64,000 bases of DNA, taken from positions 124,001-188,000 of the forward strand of contig OZ025783.1 of assembly GCA_964019425.1 (NCBI GenBank), read 5' to 3'. A program made the translations under genes and the position numbers. The notes beneath the pieces are model-generated. The model made no database searches, had not been told where the DNA came from, and was given only the letters and a program-made list of their open reading frames with translations. Position 1 is the stretch's first letter. Each line of letters begins with the position of its first letter. Positions 24,374 to 36,485 of the stretch are shown here, one piece after another. The DNA is from Flectonema sp. DT1601. Its lineage: Eukaryota.

Positions 24374-27034
24374 CTATTTTAGAAGTACTTCTTCGGGTTT
24401 TCCGTGGATGGTAGTGGCGGCTATGAGGGTTGACTTCTGCAGCTTTTCAATTGGATTGGTGTTGTCTTGTACAACAGTATCCATAAGTGACTTATCAAAA
24501 CAGTGAGTGGTCGCAACGATAACGTGTAAGTCTACATCAGTAATGTCAAGAGCACCACTTCTTGTAATCGCATCAAGCAAATCAAACGCTCGATTTTTTA
24601 GCTCTTTTTGATCCTCTTCGAATACAGCAACTAACTCAGGTTCCTTTAAGAGACCCTCCCGAGAAGATAATAACCAACAGTCACCCGTCTTTATTATTGT
24701 TGGACGGAGTGCATCGTCGGTGTCTTCAGCTTCAAACCTCTTTTCTAAAATACTTGGAATTTGACTAATATCCATAGCATTTTGTTGAATTGGTGCCGAC
24801 ACTTTCTGCTGCGCTGCTTGTGTGGGTTTCGGCTGTTCCTTTGGCGCTTCCTTTGGCGCTTCCGTTGGGCAAAGTTGTTTATCATCGCAGATAAATGACG
24901 CATCTTCCACAGCACTGCACAGCATGTCGAGTTCGTTTCCTGCATCATCTTCATCACAGAACGCTTCTTCCAATTTCTCTCCCTCATAGCAATCCTCATC
25001 ATCTGAATAACTATTTGATGAATCACCACTACAAGAAGAAGAAGAAGAAGAATGAAATGGGTTGGCAGCCTTTGCTTCTAATTTCTTATTTTCAATCTCC
25101 TCTTCCTTCGCTGCTTTGAGCATTGCTTTAATTTCCCCGACACGTTTCTTCACAGCAGATATTTTTTCACTGCCAGGAACGTCATCAGGATCTGTAAACA
25201 TGTCACACTGAAAGCTGAGAAGGTCACTTGCGATTTGATAATCGATGAAGATTTCTGTTAAGTCTTGTGTCAGTGCGATTTCTTTTTGGAGAGCACCCGG
25301 ATTCAGATTAAGAACTCTCTCGAGTTGTGGCTTCACCTGAATGACACACATACCAAATAGTGTACTTTCCAATTGCATACTCCGATAGCTTTTTGCAAAA
25401 CGCTGCTGTTCAGGACTTAGACTTTCAATTGCGCTTTTAAACTGTTTGGGTGACGGAACTTCCTCAAGTATTAAAGGAATGGTCATCTCGTCTTTATTCT
25501 TTAGAACGAATGCACCAGTGGGTAAGAATAAATCATTTCCACCGATCCGACCAAGGAGTACTATATAAGAACAAAACTGTCTTGTAGAAGCTACCAGATT
25601 ATGATGATTTTGTTGTGTTGAGAATCGATGGTTTATAAAGGAATGAATATATCTGTTTCCGCTAAATGTGATTTGAGATGCAGCGTTCAGATCAAATTTC
25701 ATATTGGCATCTGTTTCCAGTTTTCTAACTGTTGTTGTGATTGCTTCATCGATTTCTCCAGCACAGTTACTAACTCTCTCAATACTGAAGAATCCTTCCG
25801 GTGCACATTCTCCTGATCGAACAGAGTATGAAAGAGCTCTCGGAGCATACAACGTCTTAAATACTTTTCTATTATGATAAAGCATGTATTCCCCAAAGTC
25901 ATCAGCAGTAACAACTTTACCTAAAGCCCTAACAAGTTGATCATAGATCATTCTTTCAATGTAGTTAACAGCGATTTCATAAGTGTTACAAATATCAACG
26001 ATGTGTAGGAACACCAATCGAGTTGTTCCATCTTGGCTATTTGGAAAACTGTTTTTTGGATAAACTTTTAATAGGGTACCAACCTTTTCAGTCAACGCAC
26101 GTGATTGCTCTGACAACATTGCTTGCAAATCACTTCGTGGCAGTACTGTCGATGAGTTGGTCTTGTCATTTTCTTCTGTGATTAAGTTATCATGTTTTCT
26201 CTCAAGAAGAGGTAAGATAGGAATTACTAATTCACGATTGCTGTTTATCATTGTCAGATCACAGTTTGTAGGATTTGATAGAATTGGAATATTAGTATTC
26301 CAGACCTCATGAATAAGTCTATCACTACTACGACACCACGGAGCTAAGACTGTGCTATAAAAATCAACCGCAGCATTGATGTCTTTGTTACGCCTTGGAG
26401 TGTGACATTTCGTATCGCTACGATCGATTCCAAAGCATAACTGCTGCTCTTCATTCAACTGTTGTATCAACCAGGTAATATCCGCATCAATAGGGTCACT
26501 AATAGAAGTTGACGGATGGGGAGAACTACTGCTACGTGTTTTTAATTCCGCTGTTTTCTCACTGGATAAAATTACGGTTGCACTCTCCACTTGGGTTCCC
26601 ATGTAAATGCTTATTGTGTAATTCATGTTGTAATTCCAAAGAAACTCCTTTAGTTTTGTAATGGTTTTACTCTTGACTGAGAAGTTTCTCGCTCCTGATA
26701 CTTCCGTGACGTTCGATGTTGGGTTTTCAATCTCCGTTATTTGTTCTTTTATGAATTTACATTCTTGTGAAAGACTGAATCGAAGAGTGACACGAGATTT
26801 CTTATCTTTTGAAGTGTTGTATGTCTCATTTAGAATCGTTGAGTTTAGACCGAGTTGTTCAAGAGAGTTGGTTAAGGCTCCACATGCTCCTGCAGTAAGA
26901 AACTCAGCTAAGAGGAACTTATCATCATACGCGTGTTCGACATCTGCAGCTACTGAGGGGTTTCGATTTTGATCTAACACCCTCCTTACAATGTTTAGTC
27001 CATCTCTTATTCTTGCTTCAAATTCCATTGACAT
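24374..27034 (-). CDS. Hypothetical protein, 886 aa
   Basis: Long intronless ORF of globular composition with an acidic/Ser linker. Family not recognised. Confidence 0.85.
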   Translation of the reverse strand: MSMEFEARIRDGLNIVRRVLDQNRNPSVAADVEHAYDDKFLLAEFLTAGACGALTNSLEQLGLNSTILNETYNTSKDKKSRVTLRFSLSQECKFIKEQITEIENPTSNVTEVSGARNFSVKSKTITKLKEFLWNYNMNYTISIYMGTQVESATVILSSEKTAELKTRSSSSPHPSTSISDPIDADITWLIQQLNEEQQLCFGIDRSDTKCHTPRRNKDINAAVDFYSTVLAPWCRSSDRLIHEVWNTNIPILSNPTNCDLTMINSNRELVIPILPLLERKHDNLITEENDKTNSSTVLPRSDLQAMLSEQSRALTEKVGTLLKVYPKNSFPNSQDGTTRLVFLHIVDICNTYEIAVNYIERMIYDQLVRALGKVVTADDFGEYMLYHNRKVFKTLYAPRALSYSVRSGECAPEGFFSIERVSNCAGEIDEAITTTVRKLETDANMKFDLNAASQITFSGNRYIHSFINHRFSTQQNHHNLVASTRQFCSYIVLLGRIGGNDLFLPTGAFVLKNKDEMTIPLILEEVPSPKQFKSAIESLSPEQQRFAKSYRSMQLESTLFGMCVIQVKPQLERVLNLNPGALQKEIALTQDLTEIFIDYQIASDLLSFQCDMFTDPDDVPGSEKISAVKKRVGEIKAMLKAAKEEEIENKKLEAKAANPFHSSSSSSCSGDSSNSYSDDEDCYEGEKLEEAFCDEDDAGNELDMLCSAVEDASFICDDKQLCPTEAPKEAPKEQPKPTQAAQQKVSAPIQQNAMDISQIPSILEKRFEAEDTDDALRPTIIKTGDCWLLSSREGLLKEPELVAVFEEDQKELKNRAFDLLDAITRSGALDITDVDLHVIVATTHCFDKSLMDTVVQDNTNPIEKLQKSTLIAATTIHGKPEEVLLK

Positions 27035-27462
27035 TGTTGGGTTAGTTTTGTTGGTTTTGTCTTTTTTAATTTACTGCAGTAGTAGTTATAGTTAACATAA
27101 AATTACGGGAAAAAATACGAAGGGGAGACAACTTAATAAATATATTCCGGTAGTTAACCACAGTTAGTATTAGTCTTTTGTTACTTCACTGAAGGGGTCC
27201 AGTAGTACTTGACTGCAAAAAATACTGAAGGGGGAAAAAATATAATAAAGTGGATTTACAGATTTAGCTAAGCCTTTGTAGTGTGTGTAAGCATTCTTTT
27301 TTATTTAAATTTTGTATGTTGTGTTAAGGCATCATTTTTTTTTTATTTTTTTTTTTTTATAATAATTTTTTTATTTTTTTTCACTGTGCCAGACGTAGTT
27401 TTGAGACCAACTGAAATTTCAAAGACAATATTAATACAACGTTATCAGTTATCATTCATTAT

Positions 27463-27603
27463 TTACGACTTTTGATACGTAACAGTGTATCCTGAATTCT
27501 GAGCTGGTAGGTACATGTTACTCGGCAAGATGTTGTATGCCTGGTTTCCTGGAAGTGCGAAGGTGTATCCTGCTCCTCCCTGGGCTGGTGCTCCTGCTGG
27601 CAT
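27463..27603 (-). CDS. 46-aa Gly/Pro/Tyr-rich microprotein
   Basis: MPAGAPAQGGAGYTFALPGNQAYNILPSNMYLPAQNSGYTVTYQKS*. GC-richer island in AT-rich flanks, preceded by a TTTTTTGAATCTCATTTCAG acceptor and an A/C-rich leader. Confidence 0.65.
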   Translation of the reverse strand: MPAGAPAQGGAGYTFALPGNQAYNILPSNMYLPAQNSGYTVTYQKS

Positions 27604-27802
27604 TGTTGTGTTGAGTGTAGCGTGTAGGTCTGAAATGAGATTCAAAAAATGTAATTATTTAGTCACCTCATCATGTGAAAAGCAACAGCAACTAAAACTC
27701 ATTTTTTTTTTTTACTGCTGCAGATGAGGGAAATGTAGCTTAACAACGAACAAAAAAAGAAAAGGTAAAAAAAAGTAACAATTTTCTGTGTAAATGAATT
27801 TT

Positions 27803-29245
27803 TTATTTTAAATTTTCTCGTTGTCGACATCGAAGTACAGTTATTGCCCTCTCTTGTAGTCTCAGAGCATTTTCCTTTTCAGAAATAACTCGTTTGAGTG
27901 CTGTTGATTGCCTTTCGGATTGCTTTATCTGTTTCTCAACAGCAAGACGGGTTGCTGAGATACAACGAATCGCATGTCTCTGAGTAGTAATTCGAAGTTT
28001 TTGTTTCCAAATTGAGGATGCAAGAACAGCCACTGATTCGGACTTCTGACAAGCAGTAGACAACGCAATGCTGTATGTTTCTTGATATGGTATTGCGAGT
28101 TTTATATCAAATTCATCTTCAACATCACTCTCATGAAGATCAAGAGAGATGTCATCGATTGATAAGTTTTGTAGTTCTGACTTAGTTAGAGATATGTTCT
28201 TCTTTCGTTGATCAATTAGACTTTTGAGACATTTTATTTTATCTTCACGAATGATATTCTCACTCTCTAACGAAGTGTTCTGGCTATCAATCGCTGATTG
28301 TAATTTATCTCTTTGCGACAACAGAATTCTAATCTCAAACGACAACTCATCAGCTGAGAGCATCGGAGCATCAGTTAATCGTGTAATGTCTTCTCGTAGA
28401 ATTTCATTATTACATTTTAATTCTGAATATTCTTTTTGTGTTTGAAGAAGCCGTTCACGAGCAGCATTCGAAGTTTTTTGTTTCTCCGTCAAGATGCTTT
28501 GAAAGTCTCTCAAATCAACTGTTGTGTTATTATTGTCTTCTTCTAAAGAAGAAAGTACTACCTTAGCATCCTCACAATCTTCTGTTAATACTAATAAATG
28601 ATGTGATAGTTTCTTGTTAAGGATGTCATTATGGTGTTTCGACCTTTCCGTATCTTGTTGAATTTTTGATTCTTCCAAGACTGACTCAGATAGCTGCTCT
28701 TGAGTGTTAGTAATTTCCTTTCTGACTTCCGATATTTGTTCTGTGATTGATGTAAGCTCCTGATCAATTTTCATATGTTCAATTCTTGCTTCGCTGTAAT
28801 CCTTCTCTGTGGCTGATAACTCCGATGTCGTTGATTGCAATTTGTCTTGTGCTTTGAGATATTCCTGACTACGCATTTTATTAAATGCTAATTCGATACC
28901 CTCCTGATTCTGATTTTGTAATAACTCTTCTTGTGCAACGTCTTCAGTTCGTTGACGAAGTAAATCAACAGCAGTCTTCTTCTCCATGCATTGGGCTTTT
29001 AATATTCTGTAAGTGTCGTCTACGTGATCTGCTGTTCGTAGCATGTTCGATACTTGTGTTCTGCTTTTCATGAGTAGTTGCTCTTGTGATGTCTTTGCTT
29101 CTCGAACTATTTCTAAGTCATCAAGCTTCTTCGCCTCTGTGATTGAATTAACCTCTCGTCGCAACTCCGATACTGTCATTCTTGGAATCTCCTCTCTCTT
29201 GTCTGAGAGATAGTAGGCACCGAGCATTCCATATTGTGATGACAT
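27803..29245 (-). CDS. Coiled-coil protein, 480 aa
   Basis: Long ORF with heptad-rich E/K/Q/L composition. Confidence 0.85.
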   Translation of the reverse strand: MSSQYGMLGAYYLSDKREEIPRMTVSELRREVNSITEAKKLDDLEIVREAKTSQEQLLMKSRTQVSNMLRTADHVDDTYRILKAQCMEKKTAVDLLRQRTEDVAQEELLQNQNQEGIELAFNKMRSQEYLKAQDKLQSTTSELSATEKDYSEARIEHMKIDQELTSITEQISEVRKEITNTQEQLSESVLEESKIQQDTERSKHHNDILNKKLSHHLLVLTEDCEDAKVVLSSLEEDNNNTTVDLRDFQSILTEKQKTSNAARERLLQTQKEYSELKCNNEILREDITRLTDAPMLSADELSFEIRILLSQRDKLQSAIDSQNTSLESENIIREDKIKCLKSLIDQRKKNISLTKSELQNLSIDDISLDLHESDVEDEFDIKLAIPYQETYSIALSTACQKSESVAVLASSIWKQKLRITTQRHAIRCISATRLAVEKQIKQSERQSTALKRVISEKENALRLQERAITVLRCRQRENLK

Positions 29246-29931
29246 TGTCTTTTTCTGTAGATCAAAATTAAGTCAATAAAACAGCAACAAAAGTCAAATT
29301 TAAACTCTTTGCTGTTCCCCTTTTTTGCAATGTTCCTGCAAATGAGAAATAAAAATATAAAACAAATCAACTGGCAACGGCAGCATGTGTGATAGCACAT
29401 CTTTCCTTTCGGTAGAAATCTTTTGTTCTAATCGACAGATAGCAATCAGAGAAAACAGACTTGATAGACAGAAAAGAAATTTAAAAAAAAAAAACAATAA
29501 CAACACGGATGAGTGTTTTGTTGATTGTGTTGTCAAATTGCAACAAAATCCTCAACCATATCAGACGTATCAAAAGTTCATAATATTTACTAGTGAATAC
29601 GATCAAATGATCGAATGGTGAAAGATGAGGGAGAATAAAAGAAAACTAACAAACAAAACAACGAATACTACTATTTTTTTTTTTTTTTTTTTTTTTTCCT
29701 TTTCCCATTCTTTTAAAAGATCGCAAGTCATGCCACACATTACCTTTGATCCTTGAACGGTCAATAAATAATAAATTATGGCAACACTACTGAGCAATGT
29801 GCTCTCACGAAAAGGGAACACAAGGTCTGCTTGTTCACATATAGAAGTCAGTAGAGTTAACTCCAAGTGAGATAGATCAACACATTGTGAAAACAATAAA
29901 ACAATAAAACAATAAAGGGGTAATTTGATAA

Positions 29932-30444
29932 AGGGAAAAGGAGCCTGCCAATAAAACTCTGCTTAAGACGATACTAGGCAACAACTATCCTGATTGGGGG
30001 AGTACACCTTTTTGGGATAACAACAAACTCATAGAAGTTGACAATTATTTAATACAACCGATTGTCGCAACCCACACGTTTTATGTAACGAAAATGCGTA
30101 AAAAGAGAAAGCAACTCAATGCTCAGACATCTTATGCCAGAACGCTTGGATACTTTTTAGTTAATAGAATAGTGGAAAAGGAGAACCTACAAAAGCATAT
30201 TATGCCTTTGATAGGTCGGGTTCAGATCCGTAGTTCTGATACCGCTATCAGAAATATTATTACAGAATTGTTTAAAACATATCAACAGAGTGGTGGACGA
30301 TTATCACACTCCCAAGAAACAGTAACCAACAAACATATTATGTTTGACTGCTTGGTAAGCTACTTTAGACTGCAGTTATCTGAAAGGCTGAAGTACTGCT
30401 CATGGAAGACCTTGTACGTTGATGAAGCGATGCGTGGTTTTTAA
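29932..30444 (+). mobile_element. Degenerate piggyBac-like (DDE_Tnp_1_7) transposase fragment
   Basis: 170-codon stop-free + strand frame. DNYLIQPIVATHTFY, LGYFLVNRIVEKENLQKH, IRNII and FDCLVSYF...TLYVDEAMRGF follow the order of piggyBac N-terminal motifs up to the first catalytic Asp. Confidence 0.5.
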
Positions 30445-31778
30445 TTTTTCACATATTGACTGATGTCACACAACATTAAACTATTCCAAAGGTTAGGCAC
30501 TATATCTCTGCTGTGCTGCAGCAGGAAAAAAGAACCAAACACAGATGACGGGGGACTTGGATAAATAAATTAAGGTTAACACGCAACAAATTAGACATGA
30601 ATCATTATAACTGGATTCTGTCCACACAAAATCGCATGCTTTAAATAAACTACCAGAGAAAGAAATGGTGTCAAGTCAAATTGATCCGGGGACCACGCAC
30701 TACAGGTTGAGCATCCCATGCCCTGCAGGTCGTTACAGCTTGACGGGGGGGAAATTTGATACGATACGAAAAGATTTATCTGGGGAGGGATTTTCATAAG
30801 TGAGAACTACTACAAAGTTTAAAAGCAAACAAGACGAGATAAATTAATAATATTTTAGCTTTTTAACATTCTCACACTGAAAGGAAAAACTAAAGACCCA
30901 GAGGGGTTAACTGTTTGATTTTGTACATGAAATACAAATGTATTGTATCATAAAACAACATAACGATAATTTAACATTATTTTTAGAATACAGCGACTAG
31001 GTGTGATGCTGCCGAAAAGGAAAACTAAAGACCAGAAGAGGGGGGAAACGAAAAAAGGATCATAAGAACTAATGGACGGTAATTGAAAAAGAGATTAGTT
31101 GAAAAACATACACTCAACGATAAATACCACATCATGAAAATAAAAAAATAAAAACCTGCTCGTAGAAAGGCGTTAAAAAACTATTGTTTTCGCCGAGTAA
31201 ATCAAAACAAGAAAAACCTTCACACAATCATCTCGACAAGACATAATATAATTCGTATTCGTACATATAGAAATCAATTAAAAGCCACACAAACATCAGA
31301 AATTTTCAAAAAAAGAGGGAGAGACGGAGTCAAGACATGAAAATTTCACATCTCTCCGTGAATAGTGATCACCTTATTATTTAAAAGGTTCCTTTGTTCT
31401 CGGTTAAAGAAAAGAAATGTGTTAATTCAGGAAGTACCATTCTAATGGCAAGAAAGACGATTCTTAAAAAATCATTCCTACTAAAAATATAGATTCACGT
31501 TGGCGGGGAGGGGGTCGTGATATCTTTTTTTTTAATAGAAAGAGCTAGGCCGAATACACCAAGAAAAAAAAAAGGATTAAGAAAAAATTGGCAAGCACCG
31601 TTTCAGTAATCTGAGTACTTGTGTTACGGATGAATAGGAAATGCAAACAAAACAAAAAAAAAAAATGAAACAAAAATAGCATACACACTTTAATAACCAC
31701 AGGCATTTCACGTACTCATTGCTACCGTAACTTAACCAATAATACATTTCTTTTCTTTAACAGGTTTATAATAATAAT

Positions 31779-34700
31779 TTAACGAAGAGAGATAATTTTT
31801 AATGCCGCAGATAGTGTTCCCGATACCCCCGATGACTTTCGCTTGCCATTTGAGTCGTCTCCGAGAATTTCAAATTTGTGTTCAATGGCTGGACCACCTG
31901 GAGAGATTGTTCTCAGCTTTTGTATAAACGCAGTAGTGATATCAACGCGTCCAAGGAATAGTTTAGTCCCCATCGTTCTCTTACCAAATACAGATACTCT
32001 CACACAGTCACCCATTGGAACTACAAAATTATAAACCTCATTCCATGAAGGGTTTAGCGATTTTGCGACTTTCGTTGTTTTCTTTTGAGGATTGCTATGA
32101 GAACTTCCCACTGCTCCAGTCTTCTTGTCAACAGATCGTAGCTTCACTTCGCAGTATGGTGATTTCGATCCTTTGTCAGAGAGGTTATCAGCTCGCAGGA
32201 TTCGAACCTGTTTTTTATTTTTATTACATTAAATGGTTGAATAAAGAAGAAGAAAAAAAGAAAATCAAATTGCAAACCTCTAGACGGATTTCCTTCTCTT
32301 CACCAGTGAAGTGTTGCTGCAATTCTTTTTGTGACTCAAAAAAAGATTTTCTCGGAGGGCGAGTCTCGAATGCTGGTAACGCTGGAGGACTATCGGGTAA
32401 TTTGTTTGAATATGGAATGAATTCTATTTCGTCTTCACTCTCATCATGTTTTCCTTCAGTTATATCAACTTTAATAACTTCTTCATCATCAGTCGTATCG
32501 ATCGGTGTTATGTTTTCACTATTAATGTTCATTACTTGTGAGGGTGGTAATTCCTCAGTTGCGTATGATGAATTACCTAGTTCTCCAATAAAAGGTTCAC
32601 TCAAATACTTCTCTTCTACTAATTTAGGTTCCGAAACTACAACAATTTCAGCATCAGCTACCTTGATTGATTCTAATACAGATGGTGGAGGAGGTACAGG
32701 TGATGTCTCTTCAGGTTTGTCATGCGATATTTGTGATGTGGTATCCGCGGGAATAACTTTCTGAGGAGATGGCTCTGGCGTTGCTAATTTTTGCAAAGAA
32801 ACATCAGGAGAGGAACCCCCAGGAGTACTCCCTAATGATTGAGAAGGTGGAGTAATAACCGTCGCTTTTAATTCCGAAGGAGATATTTCGAGAGGAGTTG
32901 TATCAACTGACGGTAGGTTCTGAACTGCAGACATGTTCTGAATGGAAACATTTGGAGAATCAGCTATCAAACTACTCTGTCTACAAGAACTGTTAGCTGA
33001 AGAAATAGAAGTTTGTCTGATTGATTTTATCGGAGATGAGGGAGCAGAATCATTCATTTCCATTAACGATTCATTATGTGATTGATCGATTTCACCATCC
33101 ATCCCTCCTCTAAAAGATTCAATTGAAACTTCTCCCAGGGAGTGAGAACACCTTTCTAGAATCTTCCCACCACTTAACTTGTTTCCTTTAACTTGATAAA
33201 CTGTCTCTGTTGGTTTCCAATGATTAAATGATACCTCCTTTCCTAACTTATAGTAATGTAAATTATCATCAATCGGACCACTAAAATCAATTTGAAGTAA
33301 TTCCAAAGAGCTGGTGTGCAATGATATGACATACTTACCAGGTGATGGATCTTTTGGTTGCCCAACAATCATAAGTTGCTTACCTTGAAAGTCACGAATG
33401 TTAATGGGAATGAACCTATCACGTTTTGACGTTCCAACCGACTCAACAACTCGAACACGAGTTCCCTTTGAAGTCGGAGTTACGATGAATATATTAATTC
33501 CTTTAAACTCTTGTCCTTCTATACCACGAATGTCTTCTTGATGAAACCCAACCCAAAGTCTTGGATCTCCCTGATGAGGAATGTCATTTGTTACTTTACA
33601 TACAATAGCCTTATTGCAAGCACCTTGATGATCCCACACACCAGGAACGTGAATATTTTCTAAATCAGACAGCGGATAACCAACAGAACAAGAATTAAAC
33701 CATTGAGTTACATCTTTCCAAGTCATATAAAAAACTCCATCTTTCTGTTCTTCTGATAGTCTGTCGTAGAGGTGAGATGCCGTTGAGTCTTTTGGACCGT
33801 ATGCTCCTGACCACAAACCGTGAACAGTGGTTCCCCAAGGGTTTCTCATTTTAACAATTATAACCCCCTTATCAACTTCAAATCCCATTACTGAGTAACT
33901 GTGCTCGCAGATAAGTTCAACTGAACGATATTTGTCCCAAAGGAGTTGGTCAGACTCCTTTGCTGCTTTTGATGACATTAAGTTCTTACCAGGAGTTCCC
34001 AACACTATTAAGGCTCCACGCTTAAAGTCTGATCTGAGATCATCACATTCTGTGTTTGGTTCGATTATTAAATTCTTATTTGGGCAACCAGTTAGATCTG
34101 TGAAAGAATAACTGCAAAGCGCACTTTTTAGAGTTGAAAACGACTTCAAACACTTACTGTAAGCTTTTTCAAGAAGTGAAATCCAAAGCTCATTCGGATT
34201 ATTACGATTTCTTGCAAACGAAGGTTTCCCTCCATGACAAGGAATGTAGTCATCGACCACAACAACTGTCCATAAACCATTCTTACACATCACTAACTTG
34301 TAAAGACCAATTTCTGGATGCTGGTTTTCTCCAAAAATGAAATTAACTAATTCCTTTCTCTGTGCAATAGAAGTAATGACTGCAATAAGAGCACAGTCAG
34401 CTAGAGCTCCTTGATTGATGTCTTCTGGTTCAATACCATCAACGAATAGTTTTGGTTGTTTTCCTAAATCACGAATAATACCCCAGTCAGAAGGTCTTCT
34501 AAAAACGTATTTTTTTGGAAGATCACCTTTCTGCCAAGTCTGTTGAAGTGAATTTTCAATTGGAGGGAATTCAACGTCGATAAACTGAGTGTTTGTATCA
34601 ATACAGTGTTGAGGACTGTTAGAGTTATTTAAAGCTGAGTTAACGTATTTGTGATTTTCTTTATACTGCCTTCGTACGTCTCCTTCCATCCATTCTTTAG

Positions 34701-34977
34701 AGACTGGTCCCACAGCTATTGATTTTGTTAATCCACTCCATCTGCCTCTTGCTAGTTCTAGTCTCTCACCAGGGTGTACTGACAGTATTAGTTTCACTCC
34801 TTCTTGTTTTGTTGTGATCCCACACTTCAATTCACTCGCTTCTTTGAATGTGTATTTACAAATAAATTGTTTTTCTGACGTTCTATTTTCAAATTCCATG
34901 ACTTTCAATTTATCATCATCTTCCTCTTCAAACAAGAAGAGTCCTTCTTTAAGTTCTTTTGGCTCTTTTTGAGTCAT
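31779..34977 (-). CDS. Calpain family cysteine peptidase with DUF1935-like N-terminus and C-terminal C2 domain (~1042 aa, 2 exons)
   Basis: QGALADC, EHSYSV, RNPWG catalytic triad; VVDDYIP; LLEKAYSK. Intron 32208-32277 adds the C2 exon (VRILRADNL...PYCEVKL...SLNPSWNE). Confidence 0.9.
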
Positions 34978-35228
34978 TTTTTTTTTATTTATTTCTTGCT
35001 ATACTTGCTGTATCGAGGGAGTTGACAATGAGAGATTACAATAATATAATAAAACACACAACAAAAAAAGGAAACCATAAACTTCATTACAAAATAAATA
35101 AGAAAGTAAAGGTAATCGCTGCATGCCGTTAGGTTAGATTGGCTGCAATAATTGATATTCATAATACCAGGGTGCCGAAGGGTGGACTTTTCAATCACAA
35201 GAACAAGAAGATATTTGTTTTCTTTTTT

Positions 35229-36425
35229 CTACTGGAGCTCTCTAGCTGTGACCCTAGCGGCCTTCTCTCTTTCAGAATCTCGTTGTTCAGTTGGAATACG
35301 AAACCTATCGAATAACTTTTCTTCATCAATTGCATCTGAAGAGTGAAAGAACTTGACGTTATCACGAGAACCACGCACTGCAGAAGATACGCGAACACTC
35401 ATGTCAGATGCGAATTTCTGAAGTGCTGGAAATCTCTCATCAGCAGCAGAACTACAAAGAGACCTCAAAAGACTAGACAACACGACAGCATCTTGCAGTG
35501 CAGTATTAGCACCTTGACCTTTGAATGGTGACATTGGGTGTGCAGCATCTCCAATTAGTACCGTCGGATACTTGTGACCAACTACAAAATTAGAACATTC
35601 ACTCGGATCTAAATCAAACATTCCACCAACTCTAAGAAGGCTCGGGTCTGTCTTAATAATATAATTAAATATTGAAGACCAACACTTTGTTTTGTCTGCG
35701 ACTGTCGGGAGTACTTCGCTAATGTTGTTGAATGAAAAAGATTCATCAGCTGGGAATGTTAATTGCCACATTGATTGATTGTTTCCGTAAGGCTTTGAGA
35801 ACAGTCTAGTCGAGCCATCCAATACCTGAATTGATCCTTTCTTAGTTAATTTAATCACAGAGTCATGTATACCACATATTGATTGGACTCCAAGGTACGA
35901 AAGTTTTGATTTCGGAGATATGATATTTCGAACAGTTGATCGAGCTCCGTCACACCCAATAAGAATATGACCACAATACTTCGATCCGTCGTTAAAAGTT
36001 GCTTCGATACCACTGTCAAGGTGTGACAGAGATTTCAGTTGTTTATTCCATAAAAACTGTCCTCCAGAGTCAGTGAATTCTTGTATTAATATTTCTCTTA
36101 ATTTCCTCCTTGGTAAGTAGACGTTTCCTTGGTGATTTCTTGATGGTCGTCTTTCACGGTTTCCAAAAGCTATTAACACTTCACCATTAGATTTTATTAT
36201 CGTCTGTGGTGACTTCATCTCTTTAGAGTGTTTTACGACAGAATTCCAAATTCCAATTTCCTTAAGTGCGTCCCTACCTCCTCGTTGTATTGTAATGCTG
36301 TATCCTTGAGCTCTGGATAAGAGAGATTCATCTCTCTCAAAGACTATCACATCAACACCAGCTTTCTGAAGACAACTTCCTAATGCGCTGCCACAGATGC
36401 CTCCTCCAATGACAAGTACTTTCAT
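35229..36425 (-). CDS. FAD-dependent monooxygenase (UbiH/TetX/zeaxanthin epoxidase-like)
   Basis: VLVIGGGICG, LIGCDGARSTVR, LIGDAAHPMSPFKGQGANTALQDA. Confidence 0.92.
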   Translation of the reverse strand: MKVLVIGGGICGSALGSCLQKAGVDVIVFERDESLLSRAQGYSITIQRGGRDALKEIGIWNSVVKHSKEMKSPQTIIKSNGEVLIAFGNRERRPSRNHQGNVYLPRRKLREILIQEFTDSGGQFLWNKQLKSLSHLDSGIEATFNDGSKYCGHILIGCDGARSTVRNIISPKSKLSYLGVQSICGIHDSVIKLTKKGSIQVLDGSTRLFSKPYGNNQSMWQLTFPADESFSFNNISEVLPTVADKTKCWSSIFNYIIKTDPSLLRVGGMFDLDPSECSNFVVGHKYPTVLIGDAAHPMSPFKGQGANTALQDAVVLSSLLRSLCSSAADERFPALQKFASDMSVRVSSAVRGSRDNVKFFHSSDAIDEEKLFDRFRIPTEQRDSEREKAARVTARELQ

Positions 36426-36485
36426 TGTAGTACAGAGTAAAGATACTTTGTAAATATAGATTAAGTGAAAGAGCAGAAACGAGAG

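Noticed and set aside
32195..32210. tRNA T-arm-like CAGGTTCGAATCCTGC on the minus strand
   Set aside because: It spans the intron acceptor and C2 exon start (VRIL); no D-arm, anticodon arm or acceptor stem.
32015..32764. 249-aa + strand ORF, and the 129-aa Ala/Val ORF at 11500-11889
   Set aside because: Antisense to the calpain low-complexity linker and the polyQ tract respectively.
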